Assembly: GCA_010356995.1 (NCBI GenBank) | Contig: ML996700.1 | Span: forward strand, 682,001-746,000 | Length of the DNA: 64,000 nt | Direction of reading: 5' to 3' | Origin: Trichodelitschia bisporula | Lineage: Eukaryota | Shown here: in pieces, positions 36,867 through 49,363 of the stretch | How positions within the stretch are numbered: the first letter of the stretch is position 1 | Layout: each line of letters begins with the position of its first letter | Notes under the pieces: generated by a model | Seen by the model: only the letters and a program-made list of their open reading frames with translations | Told to the model about the DNA's origin: nothing | Database searches by the model: none | Position numbers and translations under genes: made by a program

Positions 36867-39800
36867 ATGACGCGACAAGACGGGAGCGTGGCCGAAACGG
36901 CGGCAGCGGACGGTGAGAGGCAGCAGCAGGACAGCGCAAGCATGAGCAACGGCAACGACAACGGCGGCACTACTGCGAGGAGCGAGAATAACAGAAGCAG
37001 AAGCGGCAGCACTATCGCCATCTTCCCAAGCTCCGCCTCTGCCTCATCCTCTACGGTTACAGCCGATGCCAAAATAGCCAGCGAATGTCTCGGTTCTACC
37101 TCAACCTCCTCCTCTTCCACCCTCTTCCCCTCCATTCCTGATTCCCAAACCCTTTCACTTCTTCCTCTTACTGCTACTGCTCCTGCTGCCTCGCCAGCTT
37201 CTGTCGACACGACTACTTCTTCCTCTGCAGCCGTTGCTGCAGCTACTTTGCCCCATTTTATGGTACTTCTGCCTCTCCAAGACCCGCCCCAACCCCAAGT
37301 TCAGCCATCGCATTCCAACACCTCCACTTCTGTCGTCCCGTCCTCCAATCGTTCTCCAGCTTCCCGCACCTCTTCCGACAGCTCCCCCTCTTTTCTCTGC
37401 ACCTCTTCCACCGCCCACAACATCATCAGCTCCCCTCCTCAACTTCTTTCTTCCCTCCCTCTTCCGCCATTACAGCTTATCGCCACTCCCGCTGCGCCGC
37501 CCATCGATGCCCGAGCACTCGTGCATTCCCCTCCTCACCACTTCGAGTCTGGCCTGGACGAGGTCACGCAGTCGGTCCGTCGTATGACCCTGGAGTGTGC
37601 GGGCGCTTCCGCCGTCGCCGCCGCAGCAGCAGCAGCAGCAGGAACTGCATCTTCCAGACCGCCGCTCAGCAGACACATCCACTTCAAGAGCACGTCTGCG
37701 GTGCCTACCGTTTGCACAACATCGGCTGCATCCTCAGGCGCGACTACACCCGCTCGCAAACTCACAGCTGGTGCCAGTGCGGCCAGTCGCCGACCCAGCA
37801 TGGCTGGAGCCGACCTCCACTCCGCCGCCGATCTGCTCCGGCAAGCTATTATTCACAAGTACGTTCCGCTTCCGTCCTCGTGGGGTGACCCCTCCATTTC
37901 CCTTCAAGCTTTTGGTGCCAGACGCCGCAAGCGCTTGATTTCCCCTCCTGTGTTTTGCACTGTTCACAGTACCACGTTCATCCCTACCCCTCATCTACGG
38001 TATTCCCTCTTCTCCCCTCGTCGCCTCCCCGCCCCTCATTGCCTGGTTAAGGATACCTACTACCGGGTGGGCTTTTGCTGCTTCGGGTTTGTTCCGCCAT
38101 GTGTGGACCTTGCTCACTACCTCCTTACCTACCCCGCTCCATGCTGGCCGAGTCTCCCTCCCCACCTTCATCCTCTCTAGCCCCTCCACCAAGACTTTGA
38201 CCGAAGCGGCGAGGGTACAAACTCTCGTACATTGGGGAGGTCGCAAGGTCTTTTTCTTTCTTTGCTCTGCAGGGCTAGAAATGTCCTGCTGCTTTCTTGG
38301 CCTCCCCAGTCTTGAGTTGGGGCTGAAATGGACGGATGACGGCAAGCATGGCACCTTGTTGTTAATATATTCCCATCCATGACACTTGCGTGGGCCTTTT
38401 TTCTTGCCTGAAGCGTGGGGAATCTGTCTTGTTCTTCGTTCTTCCCCACGGTCAAGGTCAAGGTCAAGGTCACAGTCACGAGTCTATACTTCCCCCACCC
38501 CCCCCTCCCCTCTTCCCCTCTATGTCTTCATCCACTTCACGCGCGCACGCAGTGCACACTTAATACAATCACCCCCCGCCTCCTCTCACCCCTCCCCCTC
38601 CACTCCAACTCTCCACTCAAAACCCCCAACACCCCAACCACCCAACCCCACCCCTTCCACTCTCCCAATCATCACATGCTGGTTGCTCATCCGCTTGATC
38701 GAACCCAATCCATCGGGCCGAACGTGCGACGATGAGAAAAAGTCGACGAAGCTGCCTGAGCCTCGCATCGCATCGCACCTTTCCGCGTCGCACAGCTTTT
38801 TTCCTGATTTAGCACGCACAACCCAAGCCCTACTACTAAGCCTCATGCTCACCTTACACACTGTCATCTCTGTGTTCTCCCTTCCTATCTCCTGCGCATT
38901 TCCACAACAATCCTACATCTTTTAGCGTCCCTCTATTTCCCTTACCCCTCCCCTCCCTTCGTCCCGAATTTTCGCCGCACGTCCTCAGTCCACACCTTTA
39001 CACTCCTCGAACGCGTTTTGCGCATTTGCCGCTCCTCCGCCACCCGCACACAATACACACAAACACCTCAGCGCGCTAACGCATATTTCGCCATGGGCAT
39101 CTTCGCTAACACCCGCGGCACGTATAGTACGCGCCCCCACGAAGAGGAACCTGATCAGATCGGCTCCAACAGCTCCACGCCACCCGGCGTATCGACGCCG
39201 CGACCCGACTTAACGGACAAGCGCTCGCCGGGAATACTTAGCTACTTTGGCCAGGTTCGTGCATCCTTCCTAGGTTTAGGCGGCATCCGCCCGAAGCCTC
39301 CGAATAGCTTCAGTTACGGCGCTAGCACTAGCAAGCACACAAGCGCTACGGCTACTGCTACACAACTTCCTGGTGGCCGTGGGCAGGGCGAGGGGGCAGC
39401 TGTGGGGCGGCGCAACTCCAAAACCGGCTGCAGATTGCTGCCAACCGCGCCTGCCTCGCCCACCTCGTCTTCAGCGCATGAAAAGCCTCAAGCACAAGAC
39501 CCCCCCCCCTTCTCTCACGATCCTCCCCCCATTCCCCAATACCTGTCCTTCCTTTACCCGACTCCCCCGACTTCATCCTTCTCTTCGATCCGCAAAGCAA
39601 GCAAGGAGGAGTCGCGAGGAAGTATCCCGGGTCGCAACCCGCCCTCCATACCTCGCACGCGCTCCATGCCGGAGAAGAAGGCAGCACAGGCGCTTTCTGG
39701 GCAGGTGGCGCGCAGGCACACTCTTGCACTTTCTACCTCTTTGGCGCATGTGGCAACGTCGCCTTGCACTGCTACCGCGCACATCTCGAATCCCGTTGCA

Positions 39801-41818
39801 TCAGCGTTACCCACAAGCTCGTCCCGCATTTTTCCCAGACAACCTTCTGCATCACTTCCCCATGAGCGCAGCAGGCTGACAACTGGCGTATCTACGCCGC
39901 CACGGGATCAGAGCACTCCTCCATTGACGCCTAGAACACGATCGCGCGAAGGAAAGCCGGCGACGCCGCTGAGCCGATCGACCGTACCCCCTACCACCGT
40001 CGGTCCCGTCATCGGGAAGCTTACGGTCGAGATCGACCGCGGCCGAGGTCTGCGTCCTAGCTGTGACCCCTACGTCGTGTGCAAGTTCCAATCGTCCGAA
40101 TATATCTCCGAAGGTCCCAAAGATGGGACTAAACGACGAGAGGAGGGAATGCAAATCAGGCGGATGGATACCGAGAGGGGCAAGCCGCAGGCGATACCGA
40201 TGCGCAGCAGGCAGAGCAGTAACACGGGCAGGGACGTGTCGGCAATGCATGATGAGTACATCACGAACCCGCAGTGGGAGCACAAGGCTGTGTTGTAAGT
40301 CATTTCACGTCCCTCGTCGCCATACTCTGTCAAAGCTCTTATTAACGCTGGATAAGCGATGTCGTCGGAGAGCACGCGGAAGTCGATGTGTCGGTGTACG
40401 ACCGATCTAACCAGGAAGCCTTCGTCGGCCATGTCCGCTTCTGTCCCACCCTTGCGGAGTATGACAAGCCGATGGACGTGTGGCTGAAGTTGGAACCCCG
40501 CGAGGGCGAAGCGCACGACGACATCACAGGCGAGATCCACCTGCGCGTGAATTTCAAGAAATCGGACAAGCGGACATATGGTCCCGAGGATTTTGAGATC
40601 CTCAAGCTCATCGGCAAGGGCACCTTTGGCCAGGTGTTTCAGGTGCGCAAAAAGGACACGCGGCGCATCTATGCGATGAAGGTTTTGTCGAAGAAGGTCA
40701 TCGTGCAGAAGAAGGAGGTGGCACATACGCTCGGCGAGCGCAACATCCTCGTGCGGACAGCAATGACGGACTCACCGTTCATTGTGGGCCTCAAGTTCTC
40801 ATTCCAGACACCTACGGATCTCTACCTGGTCACAGACTACATGTCGGGCGGCGAGCTGTTCTGGCATCTGCAGAAGGAAGGCCGGTTCCAGGAGGGGCGC
40901 GCAAAATTTTACATCGCTGAACTCATCCTTGCGCTGCAGCATCTCCACGAGCACGACATTGTGTACCGTGATCTCAAACCGGAGAACATCCTTTTGGACG
41001 CCAACGGCCACATTGCACTCTGCGACTTCGGCCTCTCCAAGGCGAACTTGACGGACACGGATACCACCAACACGTTCTGCGGGACGACAGAATACCTTGC
41101 ACCCGAGGTTCTTCTTGACGAGCTAGGGTATACCAAAATGGTGGACTTTTGGTCCCTCGGCGTTCTGGTGTTTGAGATGTGCTGCGGCTGGAGCCCATTC
41201 TACGCCGAAGACACCCAGCAGATGTATAAGAACATCGCATTCGGCAAGGTGCGCTTTCCGCGTGACGCACTCAGTACCGAGGGCCGCAACTTTGTTAAAG
41301 GGCTCCTGAACCGGAACCCGAAGCATCGGTTGGGCTCGCAAGGCGATGCCGAGGAGTTGAAGGCGCACCCGTTTTTCGCCGACATTGACTGGGATGCGCT
41401 TGCCAAGAAAAATGTGGTGCCGCCTTTCAAGCCGAAGCTCAAGTCGGAGCTTGACGTGTCCAACTTCGACCCAGAGTTCACCAATGCCATGAACAACATG
41501 GGCAGTTCGCTGAATGCGCGCGCCGCCGCGCTGGCGTCGGGCGTGAACCCCGCTTCGACTCCGCTCTCGCCGACGGTCCAGGCCAACTTTAAGGGTTTTA
41601 CGTTTGTGGATGAAAGCACCATGGAACGCAACTTCCGGGATCGGTCGCAAGATGACTTGGACCGGATGGACGAGGATGAGCACGAAGACCATAACGATGA
41701 TGACGAGTGGGAGAAGGTGGATGATGCGCACGACAGCAGGGGATATCGCATGAGTGGAGTCGTGCAAGGGCACGACAACGACGACAGCATTTTCAACAAT
41801 GGTGGATTCGAGGAGTAA
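36867..41818 (+). CDS. SCH9: AGC-family Ser/Thr kinase Sch9 (C2 + kinase + AGC C-terminal)
   Basis: Kinase motifs GKGTFGQV, VYRDLKPEN, DFG, activation loop TNTFCGTTEYLAPE and hydrophobic motif FKGFTF; C2 region KLTVEIDRGRGLRPSCDPYVVC. Introns 37859-39127 (phase-consistent) and 40295-40356. Start codon uncertain. Confidence 0.93.
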
Positions 41819-42807
41819 CGTATGTTTCGCTCCTTCCGTACCGCTAGGCTAGCTGCAGTTGGCCCAGAATTGTAGCCTTTTTGCCGACCATTACCTATAT
41901 GAGCCTCCCCCATGTCTGCGTTTATCCCCCTTTCCAATGGTACTGCTTGTCCACAGTCTGCGTGTTTCTCGATGGTGGGTGGCGTGGAAAGAGCCGTGTC
42001 TCAGCCGGAGTCGGTTGCTGTGTACTGTCGACGGCAGCAACGCCCGTCTAGACAGCGAAGCTCTCGGACCAAAAGTTTTGTGTTTCTTTCATGCTCGCAT
42101 TGCATCGCTATATCGGCTGTCATTTCGCATTAGTATATCCGGGCGCTGGGGTGGGCGATTTTTTTTGTCACAGCTGCTTTCGTGGCGTGGCGATGCACTG
42201 AAGAGGAATCTGCCTAGGGGTGGACTTGTAATTGCACGATACGATGTCTTTTGCCGGTGGCATATCATAATCAGGCAAGGGATGGGAACCGAGGACAATG
42301 TTTCATTACGAGTATACGACGGACCGAAGATATCTGGCGGCGAGCTTTACTTATTCCCCGCATGTGCTGGCTGGATGGACTGTGGAGGATGGAAGGTTGT
42401 TGATGGAGCATGGTTGCATGGGCATAGCGTCGAGATAGGGACGTAGTGTAATATCACGGCTTCAGTCAGGTATGCTCTTTGTTCTGCGTCTTCGCGCCGA
42501 CCCGGTACCCTAAATCCAGCTTCGCTGTCATGAAGTCATCATCGAGTACAGTGAGCATGGGTGGATTCAACAAGAGTTCAGTTAACTCAGGAGGAAGGAG
42601 CGGAGGGTTGGCGCCTTGTCGAGTCGGACAATAGAGGTCAACAGGTCGGAAGTGACAATGTCTTACTTCATCTCAGCTTGCACAATGCAAAGTTACCGGT
42701 TTTGTTGATATCACGTCAACCAGCGTCGCCAGACGCACCATACTCGTTTTCTCGTTCAGCAATGTGTATGACGCACCACCCGCCATCACTCTCACTCCCT
42801 ATCCTCC

Positions 42808-43530
42808 TCACTCAATAGCAATCCGCTCAGCAACAATCCAATCCCGCCCCTCAACCACCCCCCTCTCCTCGAGCTTGATAACATCTACAACCCCCACCTT
42901 CCCATCCCCACTCCCCCCCCGCCACACAGCCCTCCACCCCCCATCCGCCCACTCCCACCGCTCAACCCACACCCCCTCCCCGTCCCTCACAATCCCCTGC
43001 GCCCACTTTCCAACCCTAACCACAAGCCCAAGTCGATCCTTCATCTCCCGCTCCCCATCCCAACCTTCCCCCGTCCACCACCGCGCAACAGCACACTCAA
43101 TCCCGTCCCCTACATCAACCAGCTCCTCGTCCTCCCACATCTCCTCATACTCTTCCACCCGCCCCGTATCCGGATTTTCCATCGCCCCGACCTCTCGCGT
43201 CCGGTTCTTCAAAAGTGGAAACATCGTCCCCTCGTCCTTCGGACGCGGCGCCCCCGGCGCATGCAGCGTGTCAATCGCGTGGCTCCACGCGCAGGCCCAG
43301 GATCCGTTCGCGACTGGTGCGTCGCGGTACGTACACCCGGCGAAGGCCCACATGTCGGGTGGGAGGGGGTGGAGTGTAGCTGAGGGCGAGGGGAGAGGGA
43401 GCGGGATGCGCATGTCGACGAAGAGGCCGGTGGGGGAGGTGAGCACTAGGGTGGAGGTGGTTTCGGTGGGTTTGGTGGAGGGGTTGGAGGGGGAGAAGTG
43501 AATTGAGAGGCGGTGGGATATGGAGGCCAT
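42808..43530 (-). CDS. HRI1: HRI1-family protein
   Basis: MASISHRLSI..ETTSTLVLTSPTGLFVDMRI..WAFAG..WSHAID..DEGTMFPL..EVGAMENPDTGRVEEYEEMWED..VVRVGKWAQG, characteristic of the HRI1 family. Confidence 0.85.
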   Translation of the reverse strand: MASISHRLSIHFSPSNPSTKPTETTSTLVLTSPTGLFVDMRIPLPLPSPSATLHPLPPDMWAFAGCTYRDAPVANGSWACAWSHAIDTLHAPGAPRPKDEGTMFPLLKNRTREVGAMENPDTGRVEEYEEMWEDEELVDVGDGIECAVARWWTGEGWDGEREMKDRLGLVVRVGKWAQGIVRDGEGVWVERWEWADGGWRAVWRGGSGDGKVGVVDVIKLEERGVVEGRDWIVAERIAIE

Positions 43531-43949
43531 TTTTGTGGTTGAGTGGTGTTTTGGGAGGGGGGGTTGTGAGAGGGTGGTGGCCGTGCGGTGGGTGGGGTGG
43601 GGCGGATCACCTAACCCACGCGCAGCGGCTGGTGCGACGTCATGCGGGGCTGGGTGTCTTGGGTTGAGGTTGGCGATGGGCACTGGTGTGCTGTGCAGAC
43701 CTGGAGGGTGAACAGACACTGTAGCAAAATCATTGTGTGAAGGCTTCAGCATTGTCTGCTAAATAAAGACATTGAACGCAAAAGGGATATATGTATTTGG
43801 CTTGGGGAGACCCCGGCCACGAGGCCTCCCCGGTTATGTACCGTAGAGTACATGAACCTAAAGCCGCATAACAACACCCTCTCCGATCTTAGATCTCACA
43901 ATATCAACAGTCATATCTGTCTCCTTCTGTTGTCCTTGCGAAGAAAGTT

Positions 43950-44359
43950 CTAACTACAAAGCGTTAGCAGGCAGTACACCGCAAACACGGGAATACGTAC
44001 TTCGTGGCCTGAGCGGGAGTGTCAGACGTAGCAGCGTCGGCGGCAGCAGGAGTGTCGGCGGCAGCAGAAGCGTCGGGCATCGCAGCAGTGTTACCCGGAG
44101 CCGCAGCCCCGCCCGCACTAGTCTCGCCCCCCGCACCCATAGGAGCAGCCTTTAGATCATATAAAGGCGCATACGCAAGCCCGGCAGCAAGAGTAGCGGA
44201 AGGATTCGCGAGATACTCGGCGAGCCACTGGGCACCGAGCATCTGTTCAATCATGTTCCTAAGTTGAAGACCAACGACCGCGTCGTTATAAAACGCACGC
44301 GGTGGGTTCGCCGGGACTGCGGTCGGCGAGCAAGGGCGAGGTTTGGTGCGAGGAGGCAT
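43950..44359 (-). CDS. Orphan 120-aa Ala/Pro-rich protein
   Basis: ATG 44359. Canonical intron GTACGT..GCTAAC..TAG (43954-44000) gives an in-frame stop at 43950-43952. Upstream TATAAATA at 44784-44791. Confidence 0.5.
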
Positions 44360-45150
44360 GTTTGTGAGGCTGATGGGGGTGCGGAGAAATGATGGCTGAT
44401 GAGTCTTTTACAAGCATTCGCCGATGCCCTTAAACTTTTATTAAAAGAATATATCTCTCCTAAAAAAAGGTAGGATATAATCTTATACCGAAGGATTGCG
44501 TCGGGGGGTGTATGCGTTCATCGTCGAATGTGTACGAGAAGACGGGATCATGGGATGGGCCGACATTTTCGTCAAGCAGCGTATGTGTGAGTTTGTGGTA
44601 CTCCAGCGTCTAAGGACGTATCTTGACGAGAATTGTATGAGGATGCGTACGAGAATATAGATTCAGGGGAATGTGCATACGCCTTTGTAGAGCAGTCGAT
44701 GAGAGAGTTCGTGGTGGAAGAGGAGGGAGTTCGTGGTGGAATGGCGATGTTTGGAGAAGGTTTTTTCTGCGCTGGCTCAGGGGTATTTATAAAGGGGAGA
44801 TGAAGTCTTGGACCGCAAATCGGAAAAACTCCATGGTGGATAAAGAAGGCAGGAGCGTTTGCCCGCTCCAGGACTTCCATTACGCTGACGCATTACACCG
44901 CCAAACACCAAGCGTTTGCCTACCACTTCGAGGACCTAGCCGGCAGAAAACCGAGGTCAAGAGCTCATGAGGCTTGACGTCCTCCATGGAAGCGGCGACT
45001 CGCATCGTGATTCTCGCGGTCTGAAAGTGCTTCCCAGTCCTATACCGAAGGACACCGCGAGCGTCTAAGAGTCTGTACTCCATCGCCAGAAGCCGCCGAA
45101 CGCCTACCCATCCTTCCCTTCCCATCCCATCCCGTAACCCGCCCATTCAA

Positions 45151-48100
45151 CTACTTCGTCGTAATAGCCGCCATCCACTTCTGTTCATCATTCCTACGCC
45201 CATTAGCCGCCCGTCTACAGTCCCCTTTACACAGCAAACTCACCGATCAAAATGCAACAGCATCCCCAGCACCGGCACCAGCTGCATCTGATGCTTCTTA
45301 TCCTTCTGCTCCAAGAACTGTAGCAGCACGTTCTTGAGGTAAATATAATCCACCCCCGCGTCCTGGCCCGCAGGCCGGTTCCGGGGTACAGGACTCGCTC
45401 CCCTGGCCGCGGAATCAATCGACGAGCGTGAGGACGGGGCGTGGGCGGTGGGATCAAAGGGACCGCGGTGGCGCCCCTGAAGGGCTTTGAGTTCCTCGGC
45501 CATAGCCTGCGGGGATAGTTAGCTTGTTCAATTCGTCCATAGAAATGAAGAAACACACCTTATTCGTCCTCTGCACCTTCTCAACCCTCTCCCTCGCCTC
45601 CTCAACCTGCCGTCTCAACTCCCCCCTCTCCCTCTCCATCTCCCCCGCCTGCCGCTCCGTCTCATCCAACGTCTCCCTCAGCCGCTCCATCGCCCGCCTA
45701 ACCTCCACAACCTCCTCATCCGCCCTCACCACCCTACCCTCCAAAACCCCCTTCTCCCTCCTCAACCCCTCCACCAGCGCAGTAACACTCTCCCTCTCCT
45801 CCCCCGCCCTCTGCGCCACCCTCTCCGCCTCCCTTAGTTTCGTCCGTAGATCCTCAACCTCCCGCCCCCTCTTCCGCCCAATCACACTAGCACTCTCCTC
45901 CGCCCGATCCCGCTCCTCAATAGCGACCTCCAACCTCTCCCTCATATCCTTAATCCTAGCCTCAGCCCTTCCATCCGCCTCCGCCAGCAATCTCCGCATA
46001 GTCTCCGCCTCCCGCCCCCGCTCCCCCAAAAGGCGATGCGCATCCGCGAGTTCCTCCTCCAGACTCTCCGCCCTAGCGCGCGCCTCCCGCATCAGCACGC
46101 CCATCTCCTGCCCCTCGTCCTGCAAGCTCGTGAGCATGGCTTGGGCACTCGCGCACTGCGCCGTGCGTAGATCCAAATCCTCGCGCAGAGCCGCGGCCTC
46201 GGCGTCGCGTTGCGTAAACTGCGATTCCAGATGCTGGAGCCGGGACCGGGCTGAAGCCAGCTCGTCCCGCGCGCCGGCTAGATCTTTGGCCAGCTTATCG
46301 CGGGCGTCCTGCGCGGCGCGGGCGGCTTCGGAAGCGCGCTGTGCATCGCGCCGGGCCTTTTGGAGGGCGTCGTCTTGGGCGGCGCGCTGGGCTGCGGCCT
46401 GGTCAGCCGCCGTGGTAAGGCGCAGGATCTCGGCATCTTTATCCAGCATCTGGGCTTTGAAGCGGGAGAAATCGAGTTTGAGGTCCTTTTCGCGGGCCTC
46501 GAGGCGCTTGACCTCGGCTGTGCGGGACGTGAGGTCATCTTTCAGCGACCGGAGGGTCGTGACTTCTGTGCGGAGGGCGGTCAGCTCGGGTTGTGCTTTG
46601 CTGAGGACGTCGCGCAGGTCGGCGAGGGCTTTGAAGCGCTCGGCGGCGAGCTGCTGCACAGCCGTGAGATCGTCTTTTAGGCTCGAGGCTGTGGCCTTGA
46701 GGGTTTCGAATTCGGTGGAGAGGGCGGCGTGAGCGGAGGAGGCTTCGGCGGAGGATTGCTGGGTGGATTTGAGGGTGGCGATTTCTTGCTCGGCTTTCTC
46801 TAAGGCTTCCTCTAGGGCCTTCTTTTCTTCTTGTAGCTCCTTGACTTTGTCCTTTGCGACGACGTGGCCCTGGCCTAAGTCAATGAGGTCGTCCTTGAGG
46901 GATTCTATCTCCTCAGTTAGGGCGTCCTGGTCCTTGATTTTGCCTTGTAGACGGGCGATGTTCGCGTCCTTTTCATCGCAGATCTTCCGCAGATCATCTA
47001 CTACGCTTTGCAGTTCGCTCAGCTTCGTGTTCAAGGATTCAGTAGTGGGTGTGTTCGCGCTAGCGGTGGGTGTTTCGGTAGGAGTGGAAACGGACGCCTG
47101 GGCGGTCTCTGGGCCTTTGCCGCCCTTCTTGTTCTTCTTCCTGTTCTTCTTCTTTTGCGCCGCTGTTAAGGGAGTTGCACTTGTTGGCTCCACAGTCGTC
47201 GGTTCTGGCTTCGTCGCCTCTGTCTCGACAGACGCATGATCGTCCTTGTCCTCCGCCGCCTTGTCCGCCGCCGTTTGGATGAGCTTCTCCCGATGCACAT
47301 TCGCCTCCTCAAGAGCTTCTGCAATTTGAGACTTCTCAGCTTCCGTGTGCTGAAGTTCTGTCTCCAGGCGCTTCTTCTCCGCATCCGACTCGGCCAACTG
47401 TTCCCGTAGCTTAGTGAGTAGCTTGCGGAGCGTGTCGGAACGATTCTCGTGCTGCTCTAGCGACGCCTTCACCTCAGCAAGCTGGCTCTTCAGACCGTCG
47501 ATCAGTGCCACGTCGGCTTCGTCTTTAGCGGATTGCGCGGCGTTGTCCGTCTGGTCCGCAACCGCGGCCTCGAGTTTTGCGCTGACCCTGTCGAGCTTGT
47601 CCTGGAGCTCGTTGGTGGCGCTTTGGAACGAGGCAGCGCTAGCCTTTTGCGCGTCGAGCTCGGCCTCGGTGGTGGAGAGCTTGTTGGTCATCATATCGAC
47701 GGTATCCTGGAGCTCCTTGTGCTGTTTCTGCTTCTCAGTGACTTGCTTCGTGAGGGTGTCCTTTTCCTCTTCTAGGTTCTGGACGCTTTTGGTTGATGCC
47801 TCGAGTTTGCGCGAGAGCTCTTCCGTCGTCTCTTGGCTGGACGTCAAGCTCTCCTTGAGCGACTTGTTCTCCACCTCGAGTGTGTTGACCTTGCCCTCGA
47901 GCGTCTTCACCTTGCCCTCAGACGCGCGTAGTTCATCCTGCAGACGGGGAAGTTCGCTCTCATACGAAAAGAACTCTTCCTCCTCCTTAGTCTCCGGCTC
48001 TGATACCGCTGCATCGTCCGTAGCCGGTGGTGTTGCCTCCTTAGCATCCCCCTCAGCAGCACCCACCTTCTTCCGAAACGCTTCCAACTCCTCCATCGTC

Positions 48101-48946
48101 TCCCTCGCCTCCTGCGCCTGCAGCTCAAGCATCTTCTTCAAATCATCGCGCTCAGTAGACACACGCTTCAGCTCGTCAAGCACCATGCCCGTCTTCTGCG
48201 TATTCTGGTTCAGGTACTCGACAAGGGCGCTCGGATCAGCAATAGACGTCAGCGGTGTATTTTCGCGCAGCGCTGCCTCGAATGGCTCGATGAGGAGGAT
48301 ACGTGCGTGCGCGACGCGGTAGGAACGCAGTAGCTCTGTAAACGTCAGCACAACGCCCCCTGGCCGCGCATTCCACGCTCACCCGAGTACTTGGGTTCCA
48401 ATCTCTCGAGTCGCTTCAGCTTCTGCCGCACTTCGATAGGCAGGACTGGTGTAACCGTCTCAGGGGGTGCGGCCGGAGGTCCATTAGTATTTGCCGGTAC
48501 AGTAGGTGCAGTTGTCGACGTTGACGTTGATGCCGGTACCGACGCCGACGCGCCCTCCCCTTGCGTCACAGCCCCATTCTCACGCGTCTCCAGCGTCACA
48601 GGCGGCACCCGCACCGGCACAGGCGTCATCCCGCGACTCGGCGTGAGGTCATCATCACCGATCACGAACTCAGGCTCAAACTCGGAGGGATCGGGGCCGC
48701 GAGGCGTTGGTCCCGCGGGTTTATCAGACTCGTTGTCGGGGCGGCGGCGGCGCTTGGAGGGAGAGATGCCGCGGGAGGAGGAGCGGGCGGGGGTGGAGGG
48801 CGAGGCTTGACGCTGGCGGGCTTGTTCTTCGGCGATGCGGGAGTCGACGACTTCTTTGAAGCGCTATGGGGGGGAGGGGGGTGGTTAGCTAGGGCGTTGC
48901 TGGTGGGATGGGAAGGGGGGGGGGGGGTGTGTGTTACCTGCCACAT
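45151..48946 (-). CDS. IMH1: GRIP-domain golgin (Imh1-like coiled-coil protein)
   Basis: MWQ|RFKEVVDSRIAEEQARQ N-terminus, about 1000 aa of coiled coil, C-terminal GRIP domain DYIYLKNVLLQFLEQKDKKHQMQLVPVLGMLLHFDRNDEQKWMAAI. Four introns. Confidence 0.88.
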
Positions 48947-49363
48947 TGCGCTGGTGGGTGGGGATGGATGGAATTAGGATTAAGGAGGGAGGGGAGGAGA
49001 TAACGTGAACAGCCTAAGGTGAATGATGTGATGCTTGAGGGCGGAGATGGAGTTGTGGAAGACGGAGCGCGATCGGGTGCCTGAGGCGTTGGTTATGTGG
49101 CCTAAAGCGGGTGTGGCTGGGGGGAAGAGGCGTCATGATGTGCGGCGGAGAGACGCAGCGGACAGCGAACAAGATAGCGGACAAGGCAACACTTGATCAA
49201 GCAAACATCACACCACGCCTTTGCTCCTCCTCTTCTCTAATCACCACCCCCGCCGCCTCTCTACGTTGGCTCCCCAGCTCCACGCAAGCAACCACATTCA
49301 AACCAGCCGCATCTCGATGCCCCCGCAGTAGCACCTCCTCCGCGTCCCTAAACCATCACCACC

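Noticed and set aside
42808..43752. 314-aa version of HRI1 starting at 43752
   Set aside because: Family similarity begins at MASISHR (43530); the upstream part looks like C-rich 5' UTR or promoter.
45524..48322. Long + strand ORFs (402 aa, 302 aa) antisense to the golgin, with similar ones opposite HIR3, SCH9 and RICTOR
   Set aside because: Shadow ORFs expected from GC-rich codon usage of the real gene on the other strand; Ser/Arg-rich with no motifs.
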